From: Coleofasciculus sp. B1-GNL1-01
Lineage (GTDB): Bacteria; Cyanobacteriota; Cyanobacteriia; Cyanobacteriales; Coleofasciculaceae
NCBI GenBank assembly: GCA_040220235.1
Contig: JAVJTO010000038.1
Direction: 5' to 3' (one strand)
Length of the DNA: 32,678 nucleotides
The translations under genes were made by a program, and so were the position numbers. Positions 29,896 through 32,678 of the stretch are shown piece after piece. Numbering within the stretch: the stretch's first letter is position 1; each line of letters starts with the position of its first letter. The notes beneath the pieces are model-generated. The model worked only from the letters and a program-made list of their open reading frames with translations. It did no database searches and was not told where the DNA came from.

Positions 29896-30444
29896 TCAGT
29901 TTTTCCACGACTCATCTAGGACAAAATCATGGATATTTTTCAGCACAAAGCCGCTCTCTTCTTTAACTAAATCTCCTGTACAGGAAATAGGAAACCGTTC
30001 TTGATAGGCTTTTATAGCAAGAATGTACTCATGGTTAAACAACTCCATCTTAATTTCCCGAAGTTGATCACATACTACACCAAAAATGACAATCGTTCCG
30101 CTTAATTGGTCAGCATTAGGAGCATGAATTTGCCTAACGAATCCCGGAATCTTTATATTATTAGCTGTGGCAATAAGTTCGCTAATAATCTCAAGTTGAG
30201 AACGATTTTCTATTGTTTCCAGTGTTTCCAAAATAACACTCATAGAAACCGGAAACCCCGGTATGTCCTGATTTAGGGGTAACAGAATAGTTGCCGACTC
30301 TCCTCCCTCATTTTCTTGTATCCAAATTGAGGCTTTATCCTGCAAATGGTTTTGTTTATGCCAGCCGTGATTTTGCAAGTAGTTGGCTACTTGTTGAGGT
30401 CGGATTGATTGCAGAATATTGATATCCTTTACGGTAACATTCAT
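29896..30444 (-). CDS. Hypothetical protein, partner of the DUF4365 gene
   Basis: MNVTVKD...VANYLQNHGW; ATG 30444 overlaps the upstream TGA (ATGA). Confidence 0.7.
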   Translation of the reverse strand: MNVTVKDINILQSIRPQQVANYLQNHGWHKQNHLQDKASIWIQENEGGESATILLPLNQDIPGFPVSMSVILETLETIENRSQLEIISELIATANNIKIPGFVRQIHAPNADQLSGTIVIFGVVCDQLREIKMELFNHEYILAIKAYQERFPISCTGDLVKEESGFVLKNIHDFVLDESWKN

Positions 30445-30944
30445 AGAGCTTCTCCTCTGGCGATACATTCCATAAGACTTGTTAGGGCATTCACCGTAAA
30501 TCTATTTACTCTAGGAATAGATACAGTTACGGTTTCCTGATTCTCTGTCGATGCTTCTCCAGCTAGGGATATCCAGTAACCACAACGTTTGAGACAGAGC
30601 TTATCTTCTGATTGATATAACCAGTCATTAATGTTATCAGGTACTACAACAACCACGAGGATTAGAGGTGGATATTGCTGGGAAACTCTCAGTTATTCAT
30701 AATTCTTAACTTTGAGTGGATACTTCAGATGATTTTCATCTAGAATTGCTCTTGAAGTACATTTGAGTTGAACGTATAGCTGAGGATTCCCCATTATTCC
30801 CTGCACACCAATCCCTGTAAAGATCAAGTCAATTCCCAGTTGATCTAAGGGCGTAGTTGTTCTCTGGAACGAGTAACCTGCGGCTGAGGCGATCGCATAA
30901 ACATAAGCATAGCTGAATTCTTCTTTTTGGATGTTAATATTCAC
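30441..30944 (-). pseudogene. DUF4365-like PD-(D/E)XK nuclease interrupted by an in-frame TAA
   Basis: KEEFSYAYV..., DQLGIDL, VQLKCT, KNYE*LRVSQQYPPLILVVVVVP..., CGYWISL; both ORF halves are in one frame with the stop at 30693-30695. Confidence 0.8.
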
Positions 30945-30983
30945 CCTGATTAAACCTTCTACCCAGTTATCGCAAATTAAATT

Positions 30984-32177
30984 ATGTCCCTATCCCAGCA
31001 GTCTAGCCAATCCCGCCCCATATACCTGGACTACCACTCTACCACCCCCACTGACCCCAGAGTGGCAACCCAAATGCTACACTACATGACTACCGCCTTT
31101 GGTAACGCTAGCAGCATTGACCATACTTATGGAGATGAAGCCGAACAAGCTGTCTCCCAAGCCGCAACTCATATCGCTAACTTAATCGGATCATCCGCCA
31201 AGGAAATTATCTTCACCTCTGGCGCAACTGAAAGCATTAACCTCGCCCTCCAAGGATTCGTTAGACTATTCCATAGTAATACCTCAAAAATACCCCGCCT
31301 TGCTGTCTCCCCAGTGGAACATAAAGCCGTTTTAGACACCTGCAATACCCTCGCCAAAAAAGGATTAGCCGAAATCATTAATCTTCAGGTTGACTCCAAA
31401 GGTAGACTCGACTTGGATTATCTGGAAAACACCTGTAAAAACGGCATTTCCTTGCTGTGTGTTATGGCAGCCAATAACGAAATTGGCACGATTTATCCCA
31501 TCCAAAATATCGGACAAATTGCCCAAACCCACAGAATCCCCTTCCTCTGTGATGCATCCCAAGCCGTCGGAAAAATTCCGATCAATTTTCACGACTGGGG
31601 GATCACCTATCTAGCCATCTCCGCCCATAAACTCTATGGACCCAAAGGTTCAGGCGCATTAGTGGTGCGAAAAAAATATCCCCTAGAACCAATTCTCTGG
31701 GGTGGAGGTCATCAGAACGGTATGCGATCGGGTACACTTAATGTTCCCGGTATTGTCGGTTTAGGCGAAGCCTGTCGTCTGCGTCAGTTAGAAATGACCG
31801 AAGATGAAACCGCGATCGCATCCTCTAGAGATAAACTCCAAACCCTGCTGCAAGACAGCATTCCCGACGTCGTTATTAATGGCGACACGACTCACCGTCT
31901 TGCTGGGAATCTGCATATTTCTATTCCTGATATTCCCAATAGTGCAGTGATTGCTAGAATCCGTTCCCAACTCGCCATCTCCACCGGTTCCGCCTGTACG
32001 TCGGGGGTTGAAACACCATCCCATGTACTGCGATCGATAAAGTTATCGGATAATTTAATAGAAGGGGCATTGCGTATCGGTTTAGGCAAATTTACAACAG
32101 ATACAGAAATTCGTCAAGCCGCTGAAATTTTGTCAACAGCCGTTAGCAAAATTCGTCAAGCTATTGATGGAAATTAG
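30984..32177 (+). CDS. Group I cysteine desulfurase (IscS/DndA-like)
   Basis: IYLDYHSTTP, FTSGATES, EHKAV, NNEIGT, PLP site SAHKLYGPKG, RSGTLN, catalytic STGSACTS. Confidence 0.92.
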   Translation: MSLSQQSSQSRPIYLDYHSTTPTDPRVATQMLHYMTTAFGNASSIDHTYGDEAEQAVSQAATHIANLIGSSAKEIIFTSGATESINLALQGFVRLFHSNTSKIPRLAVSPVEHKAVLDTCNTLAKKGLAEIINLQVDSKGRLDLDYLENTCKNGISLLCVMAANNEIGTIYPIQNIGQIAQTHRIPFLCDASQAVGKIPINFHDWGITYLAISAHKLYGPKGSGALVVRKKYPLEPILWGGGHQNGMRSGTLNVPGIVGLGEACRLRQLEMTEDETAIASSRDKLQTLLQDSIPDVVINGDTTHRLAGNLHISIPDIPNSAVIARIRSQLAISTGSACTSGVETPSHVLRSIKLSDNLIEGALRIGLGKFTTDTEIRQAAEILSTAVSKIRQAIDGN

Positions 32178-32240
32178 ACAAAAACCAAGCCCAAAGCCTA
32201 AACTCGCTGAGAATAAAACTCATCAAAACCCTTGCTCCCC

Positions 32241-32264
32241 AGACGTAGCATGCTACGTCTCTAC
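32241..32264 (-). repeat. GTAG-type REP-like palindrome
   Basis: Minus strand GTAG-AGACGTAGCATGCTACGTCT (perfect 20 bp palindrome). Confidence 0.7.
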
Positions 32265-32597
32265 ATGCTCCCCCGGCTTCCCCCGCTCTCCCCCACCACA
32301 GCACTTATTCAGCAGCCCCGACTTAGGTCACTAACTAGGGCTTGCTGTATAAATGTGTAAGGTAGACCAGGTAGGGGTTTCAAACCATTTTTCGACCCAA
32401 CAAGTGCAAGGTTTTTATACTACCCCCCTCTTGTATCCTGAACTATTAGCCGACAACACCACCAAATTTTACCTCGACAGAGGGGTGAAACCATTGCCCA
32501 TAGACCAATCCACAACGAGCATGTTACCGAGCGGAGTCGATGTACCCCGAGGTGATCCCAAATCCCTCTCCCCACAACAAGACTTTTTCAGAAGCCC

Positions 32598-32678
32598 CTA
32601 ACTTGGTAATGCGTTCGCTAATTCCGTTCCTTGACGGGTAATCGACTCACAGCGCAACTCACCCCCATGGCGTTCCAC
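32598..32678 (-). CDS. 3' end of a sensor histidine kinase (HATPase_c), truncated by the window edge
   Basis: Minus frame VERHGGELRCESITRQGTELANALPS* fits the HGG...GT pattern of HATPase C-termini. Confidence 0.6.
   Translation of the reverse strand: MERHGGELRCESITRQGTELANALPS

Noticed and set aside
549..32089. Other short ORFs overlapping assigned genes
   Set aside because: Alternative-frame or antisense shadows of well-supported CDSs.
32353..32601. 82 aa ORF
   Set aside because: No recognisable motif or RBS; lies in repeat-like intergenic DNA.

Overview
Cyanobacterial chromosomal window, probably from a filamentous strain (many HIP1 GCGATCGC sites and STRR-type heptamer repeats). It is mainly a light-harvesting and photoprotection cluster: rluD, cpcG, a HEXXH protein, ocp-frp, a phycoerythrocyanin operon pecB-A-E-F that lacks pecC, and a divergent phycocyanin operon cpcB-A-C2-C1-D-E-F. 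Between frp and pecF lies an ~11.6 kb, translationally coupled three-gene operon that looks like a Druantia/YprA-type antiviral system with unusual parts. Gene 1 encodes a membrane-anchored coiled-coil protein ending in a NusG-NGN-like domain. Gene 2 encodes a 303 aa unknown protein. Gene 3 encodes a ~2140 aa SF2 helicase with Zn fingers, DUF1998 and a C-terminal PLD/MIT_C-like nuclease domain. Downstream of cpcF is a decaying accessory region: Uma2 fragments, a 45 bp cpcF duplicate, a broken AT-rich gene, a DUF433/PIN toxin-antitoxin pair, a nonsense-interrupted DUF4365 nuclease with its partner, an IscS/DndA-like cysteine desulfurase and the 3' end of a histidine kinase. All family assignments come from motif recognition by eye; no searches were run.
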